Shown one piece after another: positions 13,271 to 24,795 of a stretch of DNA of 64,000 bases. This DNA is from Lama guanicoe (lineage: Eukaryota), in contig MU053304.1 in assembly GCA_013239625.1 (NCBI GenBank), forward strand, positions 434,001 to 498,000, written 5' to 3'. The translations under genes and the position numbers were made by a program. Numbering within the stretch: the first letter of the stretch is position 1; every line of letters begins with the position of its first letter. A model generated the notes under the pieces. The model did not search any database and was not told where the DNA came from. It was given only the letters and a program-made list of their open reading frames with translations.

Positions 13271-14009
13271 CTCACACTCTTAAATGTTATCTCTGGGGAA
13301 AATTGGCCTCTTCTGTACTCAGAAGTCTTGGCTCTTGCTATTAAGAGTCTCTCTATTTTTCTCCTCAGAAAGGGTGCTTTTTGCTGATGGAAACCTGATT
13401 TTTGTTCTTGATGCCGGATGGCATGATTTCTGACTCTAGAAATGATCTTCCTGTCTTCTTATAACAGAACATGAGTCCTCCAGTATGCTTCCTTTCGGAA
13501 AGTCAAAGGGTCATGGCAGTCCCCAGAGAAGAGCACAGGCTCTGGCTGTTTGGAGAGTGATGTTGAAGCCAGATCTAGTGACAGTGCTCAGTTCTCCCTG
13601 GGGAAATTGCCAGGGGAGGGAAGAACTGTCCCGTTAGGACAGCCCAATGATCATTCATGGAAATCCTAGGCAATTTTTAATCTTAAAAATAAATCAATCC
13701 AAAAATCATCTGCATCTTCATTCCACTGTTTACTAGCTGTTTAATATTAGGTAAGGCTTTTAATATCTCCAAACTTAGTTTTCCCATCCAGAAGGCAAAG
13801 TGATAGAGGTAACCATACTTAACTCATATGGGTTTGTGTATGTAAAGCACCTAATACAGGGCTTGGCACATTAAGTGATAATGAGTATAAAAAGTTTAAA
13901 TATAAGAAAGAAAATAACAGTGCACATAAGCTATTACCAGCTAATAAGAAAGACTTTACACTCAGAAAAAAAGGGTGTATTTGGACAATAATATTAATAC
14001 TAATCTAGT

Positions 14010-14240
14010 GACTTTCTAGGCACTACTACTAATCTACTATGTTCCAGGCACTGTATTAGTTTTACATGCATCATTTCTCATTGAATCTTCACAAAAATCT
14101 TATAAGTATTTATTACATTTTGGAGTTGAGGCAAGCTAAGCCTTAAGAAATTAAGCCCAAGGTCACAAAACTATTAAACAGCAGAGGCATGATTATAACC
14201 AGGGCTGTGGGACTCCACGCCTGTGCTTTAACCACATTGT
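14010..14240 (-). mobile_element. MIR SINE
   Basis: CTACTATGTTCCAGGCACTGT...TTGAATCTTCACAA...GCCCAAGGTCACA. Confidence 0.65.
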
Positions 14241-17200
14241 ATACTGATGGGAGAAGAGGGAATGAAACTGAACATGAAAGAATACTAGAATATGAAGAAG
14301 TAAAAAGGAAAGTGTGTTTTGACTGTGAAATCAGGCTTGGGAAAAGCATAAAAAAGATTTTGGGGAACAGTGTCATGTATAGGGACAGGTCAGTGATTGA
14401 ACCACTTCAGCTGGAGCAGATGTTTTTTGAGGTGAACTGGAGACCCGTCAGGTGAGGGTGTATGTCTACATTTGATCCGGTGACAGTAGAAAGCACTGAA
14501 AGGTTTTTCAGCAGGGAAAAGACACAGTCCAGGGGATAGTTTAGAAACAATAGTCTGGCAGTAGTGTGAAGATGGGATGGAAAAACGTGAAAATGCATTT
14601 TAACAGAAGAAATAGCAGGACTTGGTGACTGACCAGAGAGGAAGGACAGGGGAAGTCAGGAAGGTCAATGCCCAAAGAAACAAAGCCCTTGGGTAATTTT
14701 GGCACCAAAATAATTTTGTCAAAGTTGGAAACCTTAAGAATAGGCTATAAATGACTCCATGACTCCACAAACTTCCTGTACCCTCCCGAAATTCAGGCTC
14801 CTCCAGGCACCAGTCCTTTATCTGGTAGTCTCATTCCCTTGCCTTATACTCCGCCTGGTTCTCTCCAACACCAACCTGTCAGAAAGCTCCATTTTAACAA
14901 TCTTTCCACCAGGAGGTCTTCACGGGGGCCCTCCCTCCCATCTGCCTGCCTCTCTGAAACCTGACCCTCCCCCAAGGAGGCGACTTCCTTTGGGAATCCT
15001 GAGAAGACAGCTCTTTCTCCCTCACCTTCTCTGAGGGCCAGGCTCAGGGGGCCAATTTGACAGGTGAAAACTTGCATTTCCCCTGTGTTTTTGCCCAGTG
15101 TTCTTTTGAGCTGTTTTATCTTTTTCTTATAAAAGTGTTCCTTATATAGTAAAGACCTTGTCCTTTTGCTTGTCATATTTTTCTAGTTTTTCATTTGACT
15201 TAATTTTGTTTATGATGATTTTGAGTAGGAGTTCTGTGTTTTTACTTTCTGAAATATTTTTTAAATTAAATTAACTCAAATAATACACGCATACATTCTT
15301 GTAAAAACCTAAAGCAGTTTGAATAAACTAGTCTGTTTTGATCTCTGTCCCCAACGCTAGTGCTCTCCCCCTCCTGCTGAAACCACTCAGGTCCTGAACT
15401 ATTTTTGTGGAATTACATGCACTTTACTGTTTTTGTAAATTTTTTTTCTTTTGCATTTGTGCTTAGAGAGGCCTTCCTCATCCTTAGGTCACATAAATGT
15501 TCACCTGTATTTTCTTTATATCTAACTCTTCAGGCCAATATTATAGTAAACAATATGAGATAATTAACCATTTTTCTTCAGTGATTTGGAATTTAGCATA
15601 TAGAAGTCTTAATATATGCTGGGATCACGGCTAGGTTTTCTTATATATCAATCTGCCTATTTTTGTGGTAGTACCATACTAATTATTGTAGCTTGAAGTG
15701 TGTGTTACTGTATTTCCTACTTACAACTTACAGGTTCTACATGGTTTTTCATCCTTGAGGTTTTTGAAGGGCCTCCGAGTTGTATCCTCCTTCACCACAC
15801 TGTTACCAGCTCTTTCCCCCACCTCGCTAAAATCCTGTTTCTCTCTTGAATTTTTTTATAAAGTACCATTATTTTTCTAGTTACCTGGGTTCAAAACCAC
15901 CACCAGCTATTTGTAACTCAGCAGCTCCCTCCACAATTCTTAACTCTTCCACACCTTTCCCCCACCTCAAAACCTGAATTCTCAGTGTGAGAGATAAACC
16001 CACAGTCAAAGGAGAACCAGAAACTTTCTCCTTCTGATCCTTTCCACACTTTCTGTTTAATTTCACTTGGATATACTCCTGACCTCTCTTTGCCTTATTT
16101 CCCTATTGAAAATTTTGTTATATGTTACTGAATATCATATTCTCTGATACTACTAAAGGAAAAACTAGGGGATAAGGTTAAACATAATTAAAGTAAAACA
16201 ACAGTGGGAGTGGGATATTGAAGGCCATAGAGAAAAGCATAGCCTTAGAGTCTTAAATGTTGTCTTAGAAACTAGTAGTGTGGATGCACATATGGATGCT
16301 TATTTTTTCATTTTTTAAACTTCATTTTTAAATAATTTCAGCTCAAAGGAAGTTATAAGAATAGAAGTGAGTTTCCATATACCCTTCATCCAGTGTTCCT
16401 CAGTGACAATATTTTACATATAGTATATTCTCAAAGCCAGGAAGTGGACATTGGTACAGTGTTATTAACTACTCTTTTCACTGGGTTACATACCTTCTAG
16501 GATTACCTTGAGAGTCTATTTGGTGAATAACCATGCAAAACAGTTGTGGAACTAGCTGCTTTTCAGCTATCTTATTTACAGTCAGACTCAGCAATTTGTA
16601 TTAAAAGAAGTGAGAAGTTGAGCAAAGAAACACATAAGCTAGTGACCTTCTTGTCAAAGCTAGCACTACAGGATTTCCTTTTGTTCCTTCCTCTGACAGA
16701 GACTTTCATGTTCCCCAAGTAGCCAACCAAAAGTTTCATGGAATAGCAGATTACTCATCCTATTTGGCATGTTCTAGCTTCAGTTTTACCCTGTTTCCAG
16801 GGGAGGAGCCAGGAGTCAAGTTAGGCAGGAGAGGGAATCCATAACCTCTGCTGTTGTTACAAGTCAAAAGCAAACCTTGTAGCCCTCCCCTGTGGCTTCT
16901 GACTGAAACAAAGGAAAATAACATGCCAGGAACAAATTGACAGCAGCCACCTCTGCCAGCAGATGCTAATATAGCATAGAACTTCAGGTTCTCTTGGTCG
17001 AACTAAGTTAGTGCTGCCCTGGAAGTTATCTCCCATATAGATAGACTGGCCTTGGCCCTTGCTTGAGGCAGTATTGAAAGTGCATGCTTATTACCAGGTA
17101 CTGCTGACATGACAGTGACACACTTCAGGTTCTTCAGCTTTAAAAAAAAAAAAAGGAAAAAAATTAACTTTATGAAGACATCAAAGTAATTTTTTTTAAA

Positions 17201-19279
17201 AGAGAGAGGTCTTGTGTGGTAGGGAAAGATATCACAGTGGTGTGACAAATTAAGTTCTGGCTTTTTAGGGGATTCAGATCAGAAATAAGATTATACCTAA
17301 ATGGGGTATAATCTTTAGAAGTTGTTATCTAATATGACTGGCTTTCTTTCCTATCACAGTGAAGACTTGTCACGCATGTGCCTTGCCTTAAGAAATCACA
17401 ATAAACAGAAATTCACGTACAACTCTTAGATTGGGGCTTTAAACATTATTTCAGAAAATTTACTCCATTTATAAGATAACTCATTTGGTACCTTTAGAAC
17501 AGTAAATTCTTACAGAGCTTTATAACCATTTGATTTACCCAAAAAAAAAACAAAAAACAAAAAAAAACCCTTCATTCTTACACAACTGTTAAATTGCTAA
17601 AATTAAATTCACCCATACAAAAAAGCAGTCTCTCTCTCTCTACTCTTATATTAAGGTATCTCACAGGAGCTTAGATGTGGTACCTTTTTCAAATAGTTAA
17701 ATGTGTACATTCAAATGACCAGCAAGCAGATATACTCACTTATTTTTAAAAAGTAGCAAATCTCTAAAAATAGTATAAAATATAAGAGACTCTGCTATTT
17801 ATTTATAATTATAATATCCCATTTTTAAATGATTCCTTTGTACTTGGTCAGATTTCAGGTGAATAGAGCTAATGATCTTTGGCTTTCTAGCATAGTTTTC
17901 AGAATCTGCCCGTTTTAACTTCGGGAGCATCCTTAAGATATTCCATTTTCTGAAGTTTGTATTCTAAACTGTCATTAAAATGGCAGGAAAGGATTATTTC
18001 TAGAATTTGATTATTTTTTAGACTGAAAATAAGAATTAAGTCCTAGAACAATAAAAACTGTATAACAACTCTGATATCTATTAATAAGTGTCATGAAAAA
18101 GAGATAAATTTTATTCTACTTTATAAAGTAGAATAAAAATAACACACTAATTAAGAAATTAGTCCCTTTTTCTGCCTTAATTCAGACAATCCTAAAGTGA
18201 AAATCTTTCCTAAGAAATGGTACCCTGTGAAAAAACCAATATTGACTATCCTTATACAGCATACCCCAGACCTAACCATTTGTAAGCAATTTCTTCATTG
18301 TTAATCCTTCTTAGCCCTGTTACCCAAAAGAAAAATAAAATGTTTGCTAATTTCTTTGGGCACACTGGAAAGTTACTGATTGACATGACCAAAAGCCAGG
18401 AACTCACAGCCGAAGAGTTCCATTTTCACTATCAGCTCATAGAGAGGAAACACCTCTACCCTGAAGAAGCCCATAATCAAATTAGGAAAACAGTAACTAG
18501 TAGATAAAACACCTGCTAAAAGCCTGTGAGAATTCAGAATAAAGGGAACTGTAACGGGGAGCAAGTACTAGACAGAAAGTGGGAGACGAAATTGAGGAGG
18601 GGCCATTTGGCAAGTGGAAGCTCATTTCTAAATCTTGATTTGTTCAGAGATGTCAGATTATAGTGTCTCTTTTAGCCGAGAGGTGCAAATGTGTGGCCTG
18701 GTAATTCTATCCCTCTATTTAAAGAAGCCACATACCACTGCCTTTAGTGAAGTGAAATCAGTGACACCAGAGTTGACATGACAGAAGCTGCTGCAAAGAT
18801 TAATCTGATCAAATTCAGTAGGTCCTACTGGAATCCTCTCCATCTTCAGAAGATCCTATATATTAGAATAGTGAGCGATCCAGACCTAGATCATCACTAA
18901 AGAGAAAAGCTTCCAAAGAAAGAAAGGAATTCAAGTGACCTAGGATATGAAGATTAGGCCTGTACTTTGGTTAATAATTAGGAAGTGATTTTTCAGTTAT
19001 TTGTGCTTTTTAAGTAATACACAAATTTAAAATTTTTCAAACAGTATATAAAGTTATACAGTGAAAACTAAGCACCTCCAATCAAAAATGTTTTGCAGTT
19101 TTGAAGGTGGACTATGTTTTACTTTAAAAAGTCAGATGAGGAATAAATTATATATTAAAAGAAAATGGGGAGCCTCTGCAGGCTTTAAGTGGGAAGAATA
19201 AGACAATGTCAGTAGAAGTGAAGATTTTTGGCAATTTGCTGTTTGGTCAGAGAAAGAAGAGACTTCCTATGAAGGCTTC

Positions 19280-20335
19280 TGGATTTTTTGTCATACTTGA
19301 CCTTTCCCACTCTTAGATTGTAAAAAGATTCCCACATTTTCCTTCAGTATTTTTCTCCTTCCTTTCTTCTTCCTTCTTTCCTTTTTTTCTTCCTTCATTC
19401 TTTCTTTCTTTCTTAACTTTGATCTATCTGAAATACATTGTAATGGAAGGAGTGAGGTAGAGATTTAATTTAATTTTTCTTATGGCTCCCTTTATGTCCT
19501 AACACTATTCAGTAGTCCATCTTTTTTGCCACTCATTTAAAATGTCTCTATTAACATATACTAAATTCCATATGATTTTTTCTATTCTCTTCCATTGTGA
19601 ACTTCCCGTTCTCTTCCATTGATCTGTCTAGTCATATCTAGCTCTACATGCTATTTTAAGTACTATAGCTTTGTAAGTTTTAATATGTGGAAGGATATAT
19701 TTCTTGTTACTTGTTTCTTCTTACTCTTCAGAATTTTCTTGGTAATTCTCATACTTTCCATATGAATTTTAAAGTTTATCTGTTTATCTGTTTTTAAAAA
19801 TCCTATAGTTACACTTATTTGGATTGTATTAAATTTACAAGTTGATTTATGGAGTACTATATCTTTTCTATCCAAAATTAGGGTATGCCTTTCCATTTAC
19901 TTAGTATTTCTTTTATGTCCCTCAGTGGCATTTAAAGTTTTTTTCTTACAGTGACTACAACTTTCTTGATATGTTTCTTCGTAAGTATTTAACTATTTTT
20001 GTTGCTTTTGCTTATGAGATTTTAAAAGTCCATCTTCTATTTATTACCTTTTGCATATTAATTTTACGTCAGACAGTCTTATTTATTTGTTTATTATTTA
20101 CAGTAAGTTTTCTTTTGATTCTTTTGGGTTTTCCAGACATCTGATCGTATCACTTGCAAATAATGATAATTTTATTTTCTCTTTTCCAATTTTTATATTT
20201 CTTATTCCTTTCTCTTATAATTATATTGTCTAGTACTTCCAGAGTAAAGTAAACAATAATGATGCTGGAAGGTATCTCTGTCCTACTTCTGACTGTAAAG
20301 GGAATGCTTCTAATGTTTCCCCAGGAAGCATGAAT
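19280..20335 (-). mobile_element. Ancient LINE-1 ORF2 remnant (L1M)
   Basis: T-rich degenerate antisense L1 sequence; - strand peptides resemble ORF2 (CKFNTIQI, LEVLDNII). Confidence 0.7.
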
Positions 20336-20429
20336 CATGGCTTACTTTATACATAGCGTCTTTATTTCTCCTGAACATTTCTTGACTCATTCTCTTCCCA
20401 GAATACAAAATGTTTCTTTTAATCTATTG

Positions 20430-20911
20430 TTGTTTTTTTTTAACTGAAGTATAGTCATCAGTTTCTGATGTACAGCATAATGTTTTAGTCATACATGTAC
20501 ATACATATATTCGTTTTCATGTTCTTTTTCACTATAAGTTACTACAAGATACTGAACTTAGTTCCCTGTGCTATACAGTATAAACTTATTGTTTATCTAT
20601 TTTATGTATATATGTATATATTAGTATCTGCAAATCTCCAACTCACCCTCTTCACCCCCTGGTAACCATAAATTTGATTTCTATGTCTGTGAGTCTGTTT
20701 CTGTTTTGTAAATAAGTTTATTTGTGTCTTTTTTTAGAGCCCACATGTAAGTAATATCATATGGTATTTTTCTTTCTCTTTCTGTCTCATTTCACTTAGA
20801 AGTGACAATCTCCAGGTCCATTCATGTTGCAGAATAAAATGGCATTATTTTATTCTTTTTATGGCTGAGTAGAATTCCATTGTGTATATATATGTATACC
20901 ACAACTTCTTT
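20430..20911 (-). mobile_element. LINE-1 3' end, same family as the 12.3-13.3 kb copy
   Basis: Poly-T, complete 3'UTR and ORF2 tail; 20706-20910 aligns by eye with 12337-12537. Confidence 0.85.
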
Positions 20912-22038
20912 GTTAAAAATGTGTATTCCCCTTTCATCGCCTAATATTCACCATCAACTCTACATCACCCAAAGACCATAAAACTCAGGATATATGAGAA
21001 TGAGTGAACTAAAGGAGACCTGAACTGCTAATGGTTGACAAGATTAAAGGCTGTATTTTACTTGTGAATCACTTTCATGAGCAGTCTGCTTCGTCTAGAG
21101 TGGAAGCCAGTGACTGAAATCAGAATTGTCATTGGCTTGAGCAGCTTGGTGCTTATAGAAGTACAGAAGACTTAAGAGTTTTTCTGAGTGTTTTTACAAA
21201 TAAGTTGTTTTTCATTTCATTAAGGAAAAAAATACGGTAATTTTAAAAGCTGTAATAGAAACAAGAGCAAATTTTAATCTTTGGAGGAAAGGGTAAGAGA
21301 GAGCACAAAGACTAAGGCAGTAGTCTTATCCTGATCATGGGGAGGCAGCAGGAATAGTGGAAGAAGCTTAAGCTTGAGAGTCTGACCAGCATTCCAAATC
21401 CTGAGCTGCTCCCTCTCAGCTGTGTAACTTTCCTTAGGGTACTTAACGACTCTGCTTTATTGCCTTTCTTAGTGCCATCACACAATGAGAAACTGCCATT
21501 CTTTGGAACAAGTTTTGCTGTACAGTGTTTATGGCATTATATGAAAAAGACAAAGGGTGTTTCCTTCTCTCAGTGATAGAAGTAAAGACTAGTCACACTT
21601 GATGTATTTTAGAGAGACTTTCTTGGAGTCATACGGTTGCCTTTGCCCTGTGATTGGTACATCTGGGGCAGTTGTAGCCAGCCTCTGCCAATGATGATTA
21701 CTGTGTCTTTGTTATTCCTGTTTTCCTCTGTCATGGTTGCCTCCACTGGGTTGTTCTAAGATAAACAAAGATTTCTTCCCACCTCCTTTTATCAGCTTGT
21801 TTAGCGTGGCCTTGTGGTAATCGTAACACTTGATTAGGTCCACAAAAGGCGACTCAGCTGTCTTGATTTTGCTGGTTCCTCTCATGAGAGACTTCAAACA
21901 AGTGTCCAAACTGACCAGGGAGCATAGAGGTGCCTGGGGCAGTGAGTCACTGTGCCCAGATGAGAATGGGGGATAGGAAAGTGTGTGAAGAAGAAAGGGA
22001 GACTAGAGAGATGTTTGGGCCACAATGTAAAGAATTTT

Positions 22039-22167
22039 TTTATGTTACCTTTTTTTTTTTAATTCTTTTATTGTAATTGTTTTTTCCTTAATGGAGGTAC
22101 TGGGAATTGCACCCAGAACTTCGTGCATGCTAAGCACAAGCTCTACCACTGAGCTGTACCCCCCCCC
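22039..22167 (-). mobile_element. tRNA-derived SINE, vic-1-like
   Basis: The - strand reads GGGGGTACAGCTCAGTGGTAGAGCTTGTGCTTAGCATGCACGAAGTTCTGGGTGCAATTCCCAGTACCTCC plus A tail; short direct repeat AGAATTTT on both flanks. Confidence 0.85.
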
Positions 22168-22319
22168 TTAGAATTTTAAATACTAAGCTAAGAAGTTAGG
22201 AAATTGTCTCTAAACAGTGACAATCTTTTGAAGGTTTTTGAAGAGGAAGTAATGGTATGATCCAGCTTGTATTTTAGGAATGTAACTCTAGTCGCAGCAT
22301 ATTAGATTGTAGAGTCTAG

Positions 22320-22478
22320 ACAAGTGGTACTTAAACTTTATTACACATAAGAATTGCTTTTTAAAATGAGCATCCCCAGGCCTCACCTGAAGAGATTCTG
22401 ATTGAATAGATCTGAGAGGAGGCCTTGGAGAAGCATTTTTAATAAGATCATCAAACCACACTTTGAAGAACAATAGAC
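22320..22478. mobile_element. MER5A-like hAT element
   Basis: AGTGGTACTTAAACTTT...AGAGATTCTGATTGAATAGATCTG...ACCACACTTTGAAGAAC. Confidence 0.65.
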
Positions 22479-23129
22479 TAGAGATTAAAGGAGAGAAATT
22501 AGTTGGGAAGCTATTATATCAACAATATAAAGAAAAAATACCTTAAGAGAACTAGCTTAACAATATGTGCCAATAGAAGAAAAACTTATTTTCTAGTGAT
22601 TTTTCTCAAAAAAAAAATCCTACCTAACTCTTAATTTTAGTTAATACATATCAGTCCAGAGTTCTGTGTAAAATGTGAGTAAAGTAGAAAACCAGAAGGA
22701 ATTAAAGTTAGATTTTTGAAATGCTAAAACTAAGGGAGCCATCCCTGCCTTTGTTTTCAAGTTAAGCTAGTTAAACTCCTAAATACAATTTCTGCCCTCT
22801 ATATATCTAATTTTTAATATATCCATATTTACAGGTATAAAAGTAGAATTAGGTCTTACCTTTATTCAACAAAGATGGGGAAGGAAATGCTGATTAACAC
22901 ATGAACAACACAAAGGACTACAACATATTTTCTAGGAATTATAAGATTTTGATAATGTTTGATAATAAAACCAGTCAAACATGAATTAATACACCTAAGC
23001 TTTCAATGACTTTTCCCTCATTGAAGACTATAGAGCATTTAAGATAATATGTACTTTTATTAGAGAATTTGAAATAGCTAATAAGAAGTTACTTCCCTTT
23101 TATTTCGCTTTTTCTAACCCTGAATAATT

Positions 23130-23340
23130 ATAATATAATAATGTCCTACATTTGTATTATGTTTTACAATTTATACGCCATTTTTCTAGGCATTTCATAT
23201 AATCCTGTAATAACCTTGAGGCTTTGGTATTATCAGTGGTTGACAAACTGAAACTCAGGCAGGTTAAATGACTTATCTAAGATCACACAGCTGTTATGTG
23301 GTAGAAATTAGACCTAATCCAGGTTTTCTGCTCCAAACCA
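23130..23340 (-). mobile_element. MIR SINE
   Basis: GAAACTCAGGCAGGTTAAATGACTTATCTAAGATCACACAGCT. Confidence 0.7.
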
Positions 23341-23552
23341 ATTTTGTTTTCCCCTCTCTCAGCTTTTCCTTATGACTGTATGCTAAGATACCCTGTGGTC
23401 TCTGTCTTCACCCCACAATCCAGATAAATCCCTGAGACTTGCAGGTGAACAAAAAATACTTAGTGTTGAAATAGTTTCATGTTGGAGATAAAAATTTAGA
23501 TATCAGAGCACCTATCTGATTAAAAAAACCAACTGGACTGATATAAATAATT

Positions 23553-24290
23553 GGATTAAAAGATAAATAGGAGAAGAGACAAATCTCCACTGCATAATTC
23601 CAAATAATTCATATAGTTATTCTTCCTTTAAGGAGGTGGAGCGTAACTCCGCACCCTACCCTTTAATTTGGGCTGTGTTCAGTGACTTCCTTCTAAGAGT
23701 AGAATATGGAAAGGAGGAGAAAAGACTATTTACAGTGGAGAAACCTGACAAACACTACCAAGTGATCAAGATCAATATCAGCAGTGATAAGTCATGTTGA
23801 TAGTATGTACCCTTGACATGATGTGATGAAAATGACACTTTACCTCAGTGGTCCTCTCCCCAAAACCCAGAACTCCAGTCTAATCATGAGAAAAACCATC
23901 AGACAAACCCCAACTGATGGACACCCAGAAAATACCTGACCAGTGCTCCTCAACACTGTCAAGGTCATCAAAAACAAGGAAAGTCTGAGAAATTCTCATA
24001 GCCAGGAAGAGCTTCAGGATACATGACAACTAAATGTAATATGGGATCCTGGATGAGATCTTAGGACAGAAAAAGGGCATTACATTAAAACTAAGGAAAT
24101 CACAACAAACTGTAGACTTTAATTAATGATATCATATCAGTGTATACCATATCAGTTGGTTCATTAGTTGTGTCAAATGTAAGATGTTTATAATAAGGGA
24201 AAGTTGTGTGGGCTATGTGAGAACTCTACTATTTTATAGCTTTTCTGTAAATCTGAAACTATTCTAAAATTAAAAGTTTATTTAAAAAAT
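23553..24290 (+). mobile_element. Ancient L1 3' end (L1MC/L1MD-type)
   Basis: Characteristic ACAGTGGAGAAACCTGACAAACACTACC...GTCAAGGTCATCAAAAACAAGGAAAGTCTGAGAAA...TGTAAATCTGAAACTATTCTAAAA with an A-rich end. Confidence 0.85.
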
Positions 24291-24690
24291 AAAAGACTAG
24301 AATAACACCTGATAAGCCAATTCTCTTCGTGGTGAATTGCTATGAAGTGAAATAGTATACATCTTCCATCCTTGGATTGGTATCAGAGTTAGAATTAAAA
24401 TCATTAGAGAATTATTTCAGTATTAGTGTAAATTACCTAGCTTGAGTATGAACTGTTTTGAAGGAAATGAGTAAATAAGTTCTTTGTGTTTAAGTAGAGA
24501 AAACCCAGAAAGTTATCAGAATAATGCTCAAATATAAGGTGACCCTGAATATAAGGGAATCTCTTATCTTTTCAATGAAAAAAATATTTTTAAAAAGGGA
24601 TGTGGATGGAATAGATAAATGTACGTTTTTACGTACATATTTAAGTCCATAATTTTAATAAAATATATGAATCTAGAAATATTATCCCCC

Positions 24691-24795
24691 ATGCTCACTT
24701 CAGCAGCACATATACTAAAATTGGAATGAGACAGAGAAGATTAGCCTGGCCCCTGCGCAGGGATGTCACGCAGATTCATGAGGCATTCCATATTT
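24691..24795 (+). pseudogene. Full-length retroposed U6 snRNA pseudogene
   Basis: Ungapped match to U6 with 12 substitutions in 105 nt by my count; A-rich tail 24796-24813; flanking direct repeats AGAAATAT(T)ATCCCCC at 24675-24690 and 24813-24827. Confidence 0.93.

Noticed and set aside
18298..18507. 69-aa ORF with protein-like composition (also the 65-aa ORF at 21712-21909)
   Set aside because: No family recognised, and no splice context, poly(A) tail or TSD to support an exon or processed pseudogene.
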